Source of the DNA: a virus
Taxonomy: Duplodnaviria > Caudoviricetes
IMG/VR virus record: IMGVR_UViG_3300030376_002381
Span: 1-28,478 of that record
DNA length: 28,478 nt
Direction: 5' to 3' (one strand)
The notes under the pieces were generated by a model that did no database searches, was not told the origin of the DNA, and saw nothing but the letters and a program-made list of their open reading frames with translations. This document shows, in pieces, positions 7,850 to 15,652 of this stretch (within the stretch, counting starts at the first letter, position 1; every line of letters starts with the position of its first letter). The position numbers and the translations under genes were made by a program.

Positions 7850-7935
7850 TTTTTTTTACATTCAGGTTTGCAGTGTCCTAGGCAAATAGTTTTACCTGTT
7901 ATGTAGTAAATTAAGTTACAAATAAATTTTATCAT
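7846..7935 (-). CDS. 29-aa cationic Cys-rich peptide in the lysis cassette
   Basis: MIKFICNLIYYITGKTICLGHCKPECKKK*; ATGA overlaps at both ends. Confidence 0.6.
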   Translation of the reverse strand: MIKFICNLIYYITGKTICLGHCKPECKKK

Positions 7936-8111
7936 TTCTTTTTATTTTTTTGGTAATGTGTATGCCATCTGTATATAGTATATCCTATAGTAGCTATAAG
8001 TAAAACAATTTTTAATATCATCTCTATATCAGCTAAGGTAGTAGCTGTAATTATACTGCTATTTATTACTAATACCTCTCCTATCTCCTGCTTTACTCTT
8101 TGTATTGGCAT
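7932..8111 (-). CDS. Putative holin / membrane protein, 59 aa
   Basis: MPIQRVKQEIGEVLVINSSIITATTLADIEMILKIVLLIATIGYTIYRWHTHYQKNKKK*; hydrophobic core and basic C-terminus, upstream of the endolysin. Confidence 0.65.
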   Translation of the reverse strand: MPIQRVKQEIGEVLVINSSIITATTLADIEMILKIVLLIATIGYTIYRWHTHYQKNKKK

Positions 8112-8178
8112 TTTTTATATATTTTTTTAAGGCTAATTCATTTTTAGCTTTTGGTTTGTATGTTTTTTGTTTATTCAT
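8059..8178 (-). CDS. Small basic hypothetical protein, 39 aa
   Basis: MNKQKTYKPKAKNELALKKYIKNANTKSKAGDRRGISNK*; TAATG coupling to the upstream gene; overlaps the next ORF by 53 nt. Confidence 0.45.
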   Translation of the reverse strand: MNKQKTYKPKAKNELALKKYIKNANTKSKAGDRRGISNK

Positions 8179-8747
8179 TAATCAGTTAAATCAGGAGTTA
8201 AAAAATCATCTATAGTCAATCCTCTTTTTTTCTCAGTTTGTATCTCTAAATTTAAGCCAGAGTAATATGCCGATTTTGAAGGGCTGAGGTCTGCCCCTGA
8301 TGCTGTGCTATATTCAGGAAAGCTAGCGGTATTATGCTTTAGATACCTAATCATCCTCTCCAAATAAAACTCAGCCGTATTAATGACCTCCTGTCTTAAA
8401 TCTTTATACTCCTCATTTGTTAATGCTTGTAAATTTTCTGATGTTTTTACACCTATACCATTATTAGATATTCTTACTCTCAAAAATGGTAGGCACTGAT
8501 AAAAAGCGAAATGCACCAAAGTATCCATAATATAGTCCTCTGTAAGCGTCTTATAAGCTCCTGTAAGAGAGCCTGCGGTAATTTTGGTCTGTAGAGCCTC
8601 AAATAGGTCTGTGCCTAGCTTAGGCTCAATATAAATACGCTGGCTGGTTTTTAGGTATGGCAAGATAAAATCCATATCCACTGCTCCTCCAATTGCTGTA
8701 GAGTTTTTTAGTTTCTCCTCACTTATAAATAATACATAATTTGCCAT
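8178..8747 (-). CDS. Putative head-tail adaptor (DUF6712-like)
   Basis: Directly follows the portal; LFISEEKLK...VD...PYLKTSQRIYIEPKLGTDLF...FPEY pattern of Bacteroidota phage structural proteins. Confidence 0.6.
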   Translation of the reverse strand: MANYVLFISEEKLKNSTAIGGAVDMDFILPYLKTSQRIYIEPKLGTDLFEALQTKITAGSLTGAYKTLTEDYIMDTLVHFAFYQCLPFLRVRISNNGIGVKTSENLQALTNEEYKDLRQEVINTAEFYLERMIRYLKHNTASFPEYSTASGADLSPSKSAYYSGLNLEIQTEKKRGLTIDDFLTPDLTD

Positions 8748-8753
8748 ACTTTA

Positions 8754-10763
8754 TTAATTTTTTCTCCCCTGATTAGGCATGTTTATAGGCGCTACTGATA
8801 CCTCCTGCGCATTCCTAGGTAATGATACACCTCTACTCTTTGCCTCAGTGCTAGATATTATATCATCTAAATTACTAGGCTTATCTCCTTTTTTAGTTAC
8901 ATATACTCTCCTATACCATGCATGATAGCAATTAACTCCTCCTTTCCATTTCCATAAACTATATTTGTCGCTACCACCAGGTCCAAATCCTGGATTTACT
9001 GCCTGAGTTCCCATCCTTATTATATCCTCTTTACGATATGCTTTGTTTGCAGCTTTCATAGCTTTACAAAAGTCTCTCTCTCCTCCTGGACCTGTATATA
9101 CATATCTTACTCTGTATAAATCATCTTTATAGTCTGTCTGTTTAGATGTCTGATCTTGACCTGACCTAGCACTAGGAAACGCTCTCCCTGAGCTTGCTAA
9201 TTCAATTCTAGTTAAATCATGTAGCTCATTCTCAAAATTAAAAGTATCATCCTCATCTACTACCTCAGTCTCTGAATATAACTCCCACTCATCCTCATTT
9301 AATTCCTCTCCTAAACTTATTAACTCTTGTAAATCTTTATTTACTACAGATAGTGTAATTGCTGAGTCATGATTTTCACATGGCATATAGTAGGTTTTAC
9401 CATCTTGTTTATGCGAATGCCAACCGGAACATCCTATCCTCTCAGCTTCTGCCTCTGCCTCCTCTATTGTATCAAATAATGGTAATTCTTTGCCATCTGT
9501 TATCATACTACCTACTTTCTTTAATTCCTCATTAGAGGTATCCTCAGACTCCTCTAATTCAGGTAAGCCAAGCTCCTGTCTTATCTCATTGGTAGTCATG
9601 ACGCTCCTCATGTCCTCAATAGTAAATTTATTAGTTACTGGCTTAGCCTGCACAAAACACAAAGGCAAATCAATATCATTAATTCTAAGTATTTTAGATA
9701 ATGTCTTTAATATCTGTTTTTGGTATCCTTTTACTACACTATTTAGGTATAAATCAAATGCCTCAGTCATCTCCTGAGCATTATTCCCTAATCCTCCTCC
9801 TGTATCTCTTATGCCTACTAATAATGGGGATGTAATTCTATGGGCTGTAAGTATGTTTTTTTGTATTAAATCCTGTAGAGCTAAATATTGCTTATCTGCA
9901 TTACTCATCTGTATAGGAGTTATTTGAGGAGTCCTGGTATTATCATCTGAAAATGTTAATATTACCTTACCTGCATTATTACTACCCTGAAATTTAGAGG
10001 ATAACGCTCTCTCTATCTCTACTCTCTCCCGCTCGGATGGTATGCCATTCGCCATAGAAACGAAATAAGTCCCCGAAAAATTATTTTGAACGTTTGCGAG
10101 ATGATACTCTGCAATTTCAGACTCTATTAAACACCAATTATTGCCCGCTAAGTAATCAGGTAAATAATACGCATCCATACCAGGGCTATAACTACCTGTA
10201 TATAATATCTGACTAGGGCTAGTCCTATTATTAGGATTAAATGCTGGCACAGGCACTGGCTCATTTTCTCTAGTATTAGTCCAATCAGCAGATACCCAAT
10301 AAGTATCTATCTTACCCATCTCATTAGGTTTCCCTACTCTTACCCTCTCCATGCTTACATGATGTATCTCTGAGATGGATTGTCTATCCTGGCTATATAT
10401 AATATTTAGACAATACCCTCCCTGTAGCTTAAAATCAAATGCGCATTTTCTTATAACTTCATGTAAAGACTCATTACCATTAGCATTTTTCATAAATTGT
10501 GCTAATTTAGACTCTGCCTCTACATTATCTGTATCCTCTATTATTATATCCTCTCCTGCTATCATCTCTGATGTAGCATTAATAATAGCTGCATTGCTAG
10601 AGCTTGAATAATATAGATCAATTAAAAAATTAGGATAAGTATTTATCCATCCCTCGCCACTATACTCTATCCAATCGCTAGACATTTTCTCTTTTATAGT
10701 AGGCGCTGTCTGAGCCTTAAAGTCTATATTTAATATTTGTTTTTTTGGTTTTTTAGTAGCCAT
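8754..10763 (-). CDS. Portal protein with C-terminal extension (Cys/His domains)
   Basis: YPNFLIDLYYSSSSNAAII, GGYCLNIIY, NNFSG...NGIP, GSNNAGK, ILTAHRITSPLLVGI, TNEIRQELGLPEL portal pattern in about the first 405 aa, then ~260 extra aa. Confidence 0.85.
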   Translation of the reverse strand: MATKKPKKQILNIDFKAQTAPTIKEKMSSDWIEYSGEGWINTYPNFLIDLYYSSSSNAAIINATSEMIAGEDIIIEDTDNVEAESKLAQFMKNANGNESLHEVIRKCAFDFKLQGGYCLNIIYSQDRQSISEIHHVSMERVRVGKPNEMGKIDTYWVSADWTNTRENEPVPVPAFNPNNRTSPSQILYTGSYSPGMDAYYLPDYLAGNNWCLIESEIAEYHLANVQNNFSGTYFVSMANGIPSERERVEIERALSSKFQGSNNAGKVILTFSDDNTRTPQITPIQMSNADKQYLALQDLIQKNILTAHRITSPLLVGIRDTGGGLGNNAQEMTEAFDLYLNSVVKGYQKQILKTLSKILRINDIDLPLCFVQAKPVTNKFTIEDMRSVMTTNEIRQELGLPELEESEDTSNEELKKVGSMITDGKELPLFDTIEEAEAEAERIGCSGWHSHKQDGKTYYMPCENHDSAITLSVVNKDLQELISLGEELNEDEWELYSETEVVDEDDTFNFENELHDLTRIELASSGRAFPSARSGQDQTSKQTDYKDDLYRVRYVYTGPGGERDFCKAMKAANKAYRKEDIIRMGTQAVNPGFGPGGSDKYSLWKWKGGVNCYHAWYRRVYVTKKGDKPSNLDDIISSTEAKSRGVSLPRNAQEVSVAPINMPNQGRKN

Positions 10764-10783
10764 ATTTTTTTATCCTATTTATA

Positions 10784-11524
10784 TTATAATGCTGTAAGAT
10801 AATCTATTAATGCGTTTCTATCATCTGGAGATAAGCTATTATTACATATTACTATCTCTTTTATTCTAATAGTATTAGCTGGATCGCCTATTTTTTCAAT
10901 GTCTAAGGTATTAGTAATTACCTCTGTGCCATCTCCTGTGCCGCTTTGTGTTAATGATGTGCCATTTATAATTATAGATAATCTATCATCAGTAGTAGCT
11001 GCTGTATCATCTCTCTCATATCCTATTACATAAGGAGTATCAGCCTCTAATGCTTCTCCTATAGCAAAATCATGTCTAGCGCCTGATATTTTCATCCTAG
11101 CCTCTGTAGAGGATTGAATTTTTAGAAAATTTTGACCTGCCTCATCCTCAAATAAAAAATCTCCAAATGATGTATCATCAAATGCTACTCTCATATAAAA
11201 TGAGAAAGTGCCTAGAGATAAATGACTTGTGAAATCTAGCTGGTCTGCTCCATGGTCAAATACTACCTCTTTTGTAGTCTGATCCTGTTTAGGATGTGCT
11301 GTATTGTATGCACTTGTATTTGCTGGAGTAGTAGTATCTATTAAATGATTACTCCCCTTTTGGTCTGACCACTCAGTTACTACATGATTACCTGCGCCTG
11401 CTACAAAAAAAGTAGATATATCAGTATCATATTTATACCAATGTATTAAACTAGATATATCATTAGGAGTAAATCTAGATGATGCTACCTTACCTCTTAT
11501 TGTATTAGATAGTCCTAATTTCAT
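10784..11524 (-). CDS. Virion protein with LamG/concanavalin-A-like fold
   Basis: MKLGL start, WYKYD...VTEWSDQKGSNHL and IKEIVICNNSLS...LIDYL motifs typical of LamG-like phage proteins. Confidence 0.6.
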   Translation of the reverse strand: MKLGLSNTIRGKVASSRFTPNDISSLIHWYKYDTDISTFFVAGAGNHVVTEWSDQKGSNHLIDTTTPANTSAYNTAHPKQDQTTKEVVFDHGADQLDFTSHLSLGTFSFYMRVAFDDTSFGDFLFEDEAGQNFLKIQSSTEARMKISGARHDFAIGEALEADTPYVIGYERDDTAATTDDRLSIIINGTSLTQSGTGDGTEVITNTLDIEKIGDPANTIRIKEIVICNNSLSPDDRNALIDYLTAL

Positions 11525-11811
11525 TATAGAGTATCATTCTTATATACTAATGCTAATCCTGTGCCTGATAAGGTAATAGCCGTAAAAGACAAAAATAAAG
11601 TTGTGCCCGCCGCATAAGTTCTATGCAAATCTGCATCAGCTCCTGTAACTTGACTTGTAGTAGTAATAGCTGCTATAGTAGTCTCTACAGGAAAATGGAC
11701 CGCATAATATGTAACTCCTGTAACTGCTGCAATAGCGTCTGTATCCTCTATAATTGTAACTGCTCCCTTACCTAATTGCTCTGATAATAACTCTTGTGTT
11801 GTATCTCCCAT
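11524..11811 (-). CDS. Small beta-rich putative virion protein
   Basis: AGTTLF...FTAITLSGTG.ALVY pattern; inside the structural operon. Confidence 0.5.
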   Translation of the reverse strand: MGDTTQELLSEQLGKGAVTIIEDTDAIAAVTGVTYYAVHFPVETTIAAITTTSQVTGADADLHRTYAAGTTLFLSFTAITLSGTGLALVYKNDTL

Positions 11812-11826
11812 AATTTTTTAATTTTA

Positions 11827-12303
11827 TTAATCTGTATATAAATAATTTGTTGTTGCTGTTTCTGATGTTTCTGTATATATTACCTGCTCACTTCCTATTG
11901 TTTCCTGGATTTTCATTTTACCTCTATGCACTAATCCCTGCACTACTCCATTATTATTATTTACTGCTAATACTTCTGTCTCAGTTTCTGGCGCTGTAGA
12001 TGCTGTAAGAGTCATAGTGCCTATCCATGATACCTCATATATTTCATAGGTCCAAAATCCATAAGGCTTAAAATTTAATATACCATTATAAAGATTTTCA
12101 GTGCCACTATGAGCTATTGCAAATGTAATACTCCTATCTGTTTTTGCTGATAAATGGGGATAGCAGTATTTTATATCCTTAGTTGTATCATGTGTAAATT
12201 TAGCTAGGTATTTTATATTAGCCTGAGCTACTGCTGTATTAATTCTAGACTCCTCTACACTTATTTTAGCCTGTATAGTCTGTCCATAAATTCCATTTAT
12301 CAT
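11827..12303 (-). CDS. Putative virion structural protein
   Basis: 158-aa ORF directly after a late-promoter motif; GFWTYEIYE motif. Confidence 0.5.
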   Translation of the reverse strand: MINGIYGQTIQAKISVEESRINTAVAQANIKYLAKFTHDTTKDIKYCYPHLSAKTDRSITFAIAHSGTENLYNGILNFKPYGFWTYEIYEVSWIGTMTLTASTAPETETEVLAVNNNNGVVQGLVHRGKMKIQETIGSEQVIYTETSETATTNYLYTD

Positions 12304-12307
12304 ATAG

Positions 12308-12334
12308 TATAATAGAAATATTACCTATTTATTT
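12308..12334 (-). promoter_or_regulatory. Putative late promoter, copy 5
   Basis: AAATAA-ATAGGTAATATT-TCTATTATA, then CTAT ATG (12303). Confidence 0.75.
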
Positions 12335-12350
12335 TGGATTTTGTTAATAT

Positions 12351-12527
12351 CTAGAGCTTTCCTCCTATAATATCAGTCTTTTTAGTCTTTTTAGGCTTAG
12401 TAGATTTCTTAAAATATTTTTGTAATCCCTTTAATTCTACCTCATCTGACTTTACTAGATCAAGCCTAATTATACCTCCTTTTGTATGTAAATCTACTCC
12501 CTGATATTCTTTTTTTAATTTATACAT
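12351..12527 (-). CDS. Small basic hypothetical protein, 58 aa
   Basis: MYKLKKEYQGVDLHTKGGIIRLDLVKSDEVELKGLQKYFKKSTKPKKTKKTDIIGGKL*; A-rich leader; fills the gap between terminator and promoter. Confidence 0.6.
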   Translation of the reverse strand: MYKLKKEYQGVDLHTKGGIIRLDLVKSDEVELKGLQKYFKKSTKPKKTKKTDIIGGKL

Positions 12528-12549
12528 AATTGATATTTTTTAATGTTAT

Positions 12550-12576
12550 AAAAAAAGGAGGGCTAAATACCCTCCT
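12550..12576 (-). terminator. Intrinsic terminator after the capsid/tail-tube genes
   Basis: Minus strand AGGAGGG-TATTTAG-CCCTCCT stem-loop running into a 7-T tract. Confidence 0.85.
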
Positions 12577-12624
12577 AATTTTAACTTAAACTAAACTACG
12601 AAACACATATATAAAAATAGTATG

Positions 12625-13188
12625 TTATGATAAAACAATACTATTAAATGTAAATGCTGAGTTATCTAATACTGATGTAGTATAATCTGCTACTACTTGC
12701 ATAGGATTAGGCTCCTGAGATTCAAAAGTCCAATCGTATCCATTCATATCTCCTAATGCTACACCTGAAACATTAGTTCCCGCTGATAATTCACATCCAT
12801 TATCTAATCCGCATGCTAAAACTATATTTTTACCTGCGCTATTTAGCTCATTAAGTTCTACAAAAACGATTAATCTTTGCATACCTAATATTTTTATCTG
12901 ATTTTGGTCCTCCTTAGTGAGTTTGTGTAATTTGATATTTACTGATTGAGTATAAAAGATTGTGCCATTTTCTGAGTTTGCATTAATTGTCTCAGTAACT
13001 CCTGCCGTTCCTCTTTTTACTAAATACTTATAAATATCATCACCTGCTCCTAAGTCAAAGTCAGTCAGTTCTCCTGAGGCTGCTACATATCCTGAGAGCT
13101 CGCTATGTTGTGCAAAATATACTGCTTTTACACCTCCTACTGAGTCTCTACATCCTATGTTACGTCCTTTTGTTAATTCACATGCCAT
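12625..13188 (-). CDS. Major tail (tube) protein
   Basis: MACELTKGR..CRDSVGGVKAVYF, ENGTIFYTQ and G.ALGDMNGY..TF...E motifs; follows the capsid gene, precedes the terminator. Confidence 0.7.
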   Translation of the reverse strand: MACELTKGRNIGCRDSVGGVKAVYFAQHSELSGYVAASGELTDFDLGAGDDIYKYLVKRGTAGVTETINANSENGTIFYTQSVNIKLHKLTKEDQNQIKILGMQRLIVFVELNELNSAGKNIVLACGLDNGCELSAGTNVSGVALGDMNGYDWTFESQEPNPMQVVADYTTSVLDNSAFTFNSIVLS

Positions 13189-13238
13189 AATTGTCTGATT
13201 TTTAATTAGTTACGTTAATAATTGATTTTTTTATATTA

Positions 13239-14162
13239 TTAGTCTAATCTAACAATATCTCCACCCTGAGCGTGCTGCGTTCCTCCTGAGAATTTTGCGA
13301 CGCATCTAATATTAGAGCTTCCATCAATTTCAGACATATCTAGCAATTTCAAAGCTGGTCCATGGTCTGATACTAGATCAGTTCCAAAAAATAAATTACT
13401 CTTTTGACCTGCACACATTTTGTTATCTGGCATACCTGGACATACTGCTAATTTGATACCATTATACATAGGCACAAAAGTATCAGTCATAGAGTATAAG
13501 TTAGCATATCCTGCATTTGCCATATTTTGGATGTATAATCTATATGATGCTGTGCTCATGTAGATATATGTATCCTCTTTGCCCCATACTGCTGCTGGTA
13601 TAGCTGCTGTAATTATACCTAAATTCTCATCTATATTAGTAGATGTAAATGCAGTAGCTGCACCTCCTGAGTTATCTGCCTCTACAATTGCTGAGTCATT
13701 TTCAAAATGACCATTACCTGCATGCATAAATCCTGTAAATTCTCCTGATCCTGTGTTAGCACCTTGCCAAATTTTAGTCTCTACATGGTCTGATATTACA
13801 TCAGATAAGTAAGATACTACAAATGCTGCAAAATCATCTGCTAATCCATTATTGTGCTGTCCTGCTTTCATCTTAGCCGCCTGCCAATCAGCCAATAAGC
13901 TAACTGCACACAAATCTAAGTTAATTTGTAGCGCCTCAGGTTGTAATACTCTTTCCTCCAGGGTAAGAGTTCCTGCCTCATCAAAGTTACATGATGCATC
14001 TACAATAAGTCCGCTAGAGCTTACCTTTGTAATATTACGCTTGTATTTTACATTTTCTAGTAGTGTTAAATACTCTAATGATTTTGTAGCGTTAATTGCA
14101 CTTGATATATATTGACCTGCATGCTCCCCGCTATAATTTGAGTTAATTGTTCCAAATCCCAT
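13239..14162 (-). CDS. Major capsid protein
   Basis: YSGEHAGQYISSA, NVKYK, LEERVLQPEALQINLDLC, IWQG, SNLFFGTDL and DGSSNIR motifs; follows protease and scaffold. Confidence 0.8.
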   Translation of the reverse strand: MGFGTINSNYSGEHAGQYISSAINATKSLEYLTLLENVKYKRNITKVSSSGLIVDASCNFDEAGTLTLEERVLQPEALQINLDLCAVSLLADWQAAKMKAGQHNNGLADDFAAFVVSYLSDVISDHVETKIWQGANTGSGEFTGFMHAGNGHFENDSAIVEADNSGGAATAFTSTNIDENLGIITAAIPAAVWGKEDTYIYMSTASYRLYIQNMANAGYANLYSMTDTFVPMYNGIKLAVCPGMPDNKMCAGQKSNLFFGTDLVSDHGPALKLLDMSEIDGSSNIRCVAKFSGGTQHAQGGDIVRLD

Positions 14163-14192
14163 AATTTCTGTTATTTTATATTATTATTATTA

Positions 14193-14933
14193 TTACTTAT
14201 TTTTTCTTAAAGATAAATTATACCAATATCTACCCTTTGCATCTAATTTATGATACTCAGCTGGAGATAATTCCTGCACACCTCCTGATCTGTTATTGCT
14301 AAATTTATTTAATTCTATACCATTTGTAGCTGGAGACTCTGATAATTCTTTTACCTTATCCTCAGTCTTTTTTAATTGAGATTTTAAGCTAGTTAATTCC
14401 TTTTTTGTAGCTTCTAAAATGACTCTAATGTGTTTTGCCATTGCTACCTCCTCTACTTTCTCCTCAATAATTGCTACTGCTATCTCTGCTGCTTGCTCTG
14501 CTACCTCAGGAGTTACCTCCTCTCCTGTAGCATCATCAATTGCTGCTGCTACCTCAGCTACAGCTCCTCCTACTTCATCAATTACCTCCTCTACTACTTC
14601 CTCTGCTGGCGCTTCCTCATACTTCTTTTTATCATCCTCTTTTTTCGCTTCTACTTCCTCAGTTTCCTCCTCAGTAGTTTCTGCTGCAGATACCTCTGCT
14701 ACAATACCCTCCTCAGTAACTGAAATTGTCTCTCCATCAGCTGTAATATACTCTCCAATTGCAAGAGGCATAGTGCTACCATCCTCAGTAAGGACGCTAA
14801 TATCTACTCCCGCCTCTAATTTATCAGCTGTAGATACTATAATTGTGCCATCCTCTAATTTGTTTTGATACTCTAAATTCACTACCTCTGCAGATAGTCC
14901 TAGAGCGTGTAAAATTTGTTTTTTAATATCCAT
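14193..14933 (-). CDS. Capsid scaffolding protein
   Basis: Very acidic, LEDGT/GEY...DG...V.EEG repeats, C-terminal coiled coil; sits between protease and capsid genes. Confidence 0.7.
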   Translation of the reverse strand: MDIKKQILHALGLSAEVVNLEYQNKLEDGTIIVSTADKLEAGVDISVLTEDGSTMPLAIGEYITADGETISVTEEGIVAEVSAAETTEEETEEVEAKKEDDKKKYEEAPAEEVVEEVIDEVGGAVAEVAAAIDDATGEEVTPEVAEQAAEIAVAIIEEKVEEVAMAKHIRVILEATKKELTSLKSQLKKTEDKVKELSESPATNGIELNKFSNNRSGGVQELSPAEYHKLDAKGRYWYNLSLRKNK

Positions 14934-14956
14934 GGTCTTTAATTATTTTTATATAG

Positions 14957-14983
14957 TATAATAGATTATTTTTTTACTTATTT
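14957..14983 (-). promoter_or_regulatory. Putative late promoter, copy 4
   Basis: AAATAA-GTAAAAAAATAA-TCTATTATA, 23 nt upstream of scaffold ATG 14933. Confidence 0.75.
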
Positions 14984-15621
14984 GATTTTGGTTGTATTTT
15001 TAGTATTTCTGCTAGAGTTTCTAATACCTGCTCATCAGTGTATTTTTGCTCAGATAATTTAGACATAGCATTTACAAAAAATCCTTCAATACTTAGCCCG
15101 GTAAGTTTCCCTGATTTTAACTCAGACCAGACCTCATCATTATTAATACGCATAGTTACCATCCATGTGCCTTTAGGTAGAGAAAATCCATAAAGATTAG
15201 ATTTGTCTTTTTTAGTATCCTCTATAATCCATGACTCCATTACATATACATCATCAATATCTCTCTCATGCTCATAGGTAGCCTTATGCTGGTTTTGATA
15301 TTTTAAGAACATCTCACTAGAGCGGCGTATGGTCGCTTCCGAAAAATAGACATAAAAATCCTTATCCTCATCTGCATTGTATCTATAAATTTGCTTATTA
15401 GGGATGAGGGCTGGAGATATTAATACTCTCTCCTCTTTTGTCTCTTTTGCTAATGTTAAATTATTTTTTTGTTTATTAAAAAACACTGCAGACTCTTGAA
15501 TGGCAGGCTCAGAGACTAAACTGATCGCATCAATCGCTAACGCCTCCTCTCCTGGCTTATCTGATATTACTAACTCTACAATATCAAAATATTTTTTCTT
15601 TTTTTTCTTTTTTGGTTTCAT
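14974..15621 (-). CDS. Prohead protease (XkdF-like putative serine protease)
   Basis: AISLVSEPAIQ, PALIPNKQIYR, YVYFS..TI, ESWII, PKGTWMV and KSGKLTGLSIEG motifs. Confidence 0.8.
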   Translation of the reverse strand: MKPKKKKKKKYFDIVELVISDKPGEEALAIDAISLVSEPAIQESAVFFNKQKNNLTLAKETKEERVLISPALIPNKQIYRYNADEDKDFYVYFSEATIRRSSEMFLKYQNQHKATYEHERDIDDVYVMESWIIEDTKKDKSNLYGFSLPKGTWMVTMRINNDEVWSELKSGKLTGLSIEGFFVNAMSKLSEQKYTDEQVLETLAEILKIQPKSNK

Positions 15622-15625
15622 ATCT

Positions 15626-15652
15626 TATAATAGATTTATTTATTATTTATTT
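15626..15652 (-). promoter_or_regulatory. Putative late promoter, copy 3
   Basis: AAATAA-ATAATAAATAAA-TCTATTATA, then AGAT ATG (15621). Confidence 0.75.

Noticed and set aside
14440-14720. Quasi-repetitive ctcctc/ctgct pattern
   Set aside because: Explained by the Glu/Ala/Val-rich scaffold protein, not a DNA-level repeat
14419-14868. Plus-strand ORFs in the track (14419-14868, 14430-14723, 2327-2560, 4232-4450, 7509-7829, 9490-9777, 10375-10611, 13852-14115, 15500-15688, 17153-17491, 20522-20704, 21433-21744, 22723-22914, 23790-24044, 25942-26229)
   Set aside because: All lie antisense to convincing minus-strand genes and give low-complexity Ser/Ile-rich shadow translations
15592-15612. Poly-Lys/A-rich run at the protease N-terminus as a frameshift or phase-variation site
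   Set aside because: The run is interrupted by AAG codons, the frame is intact and the ATG is supported by the promoter motif
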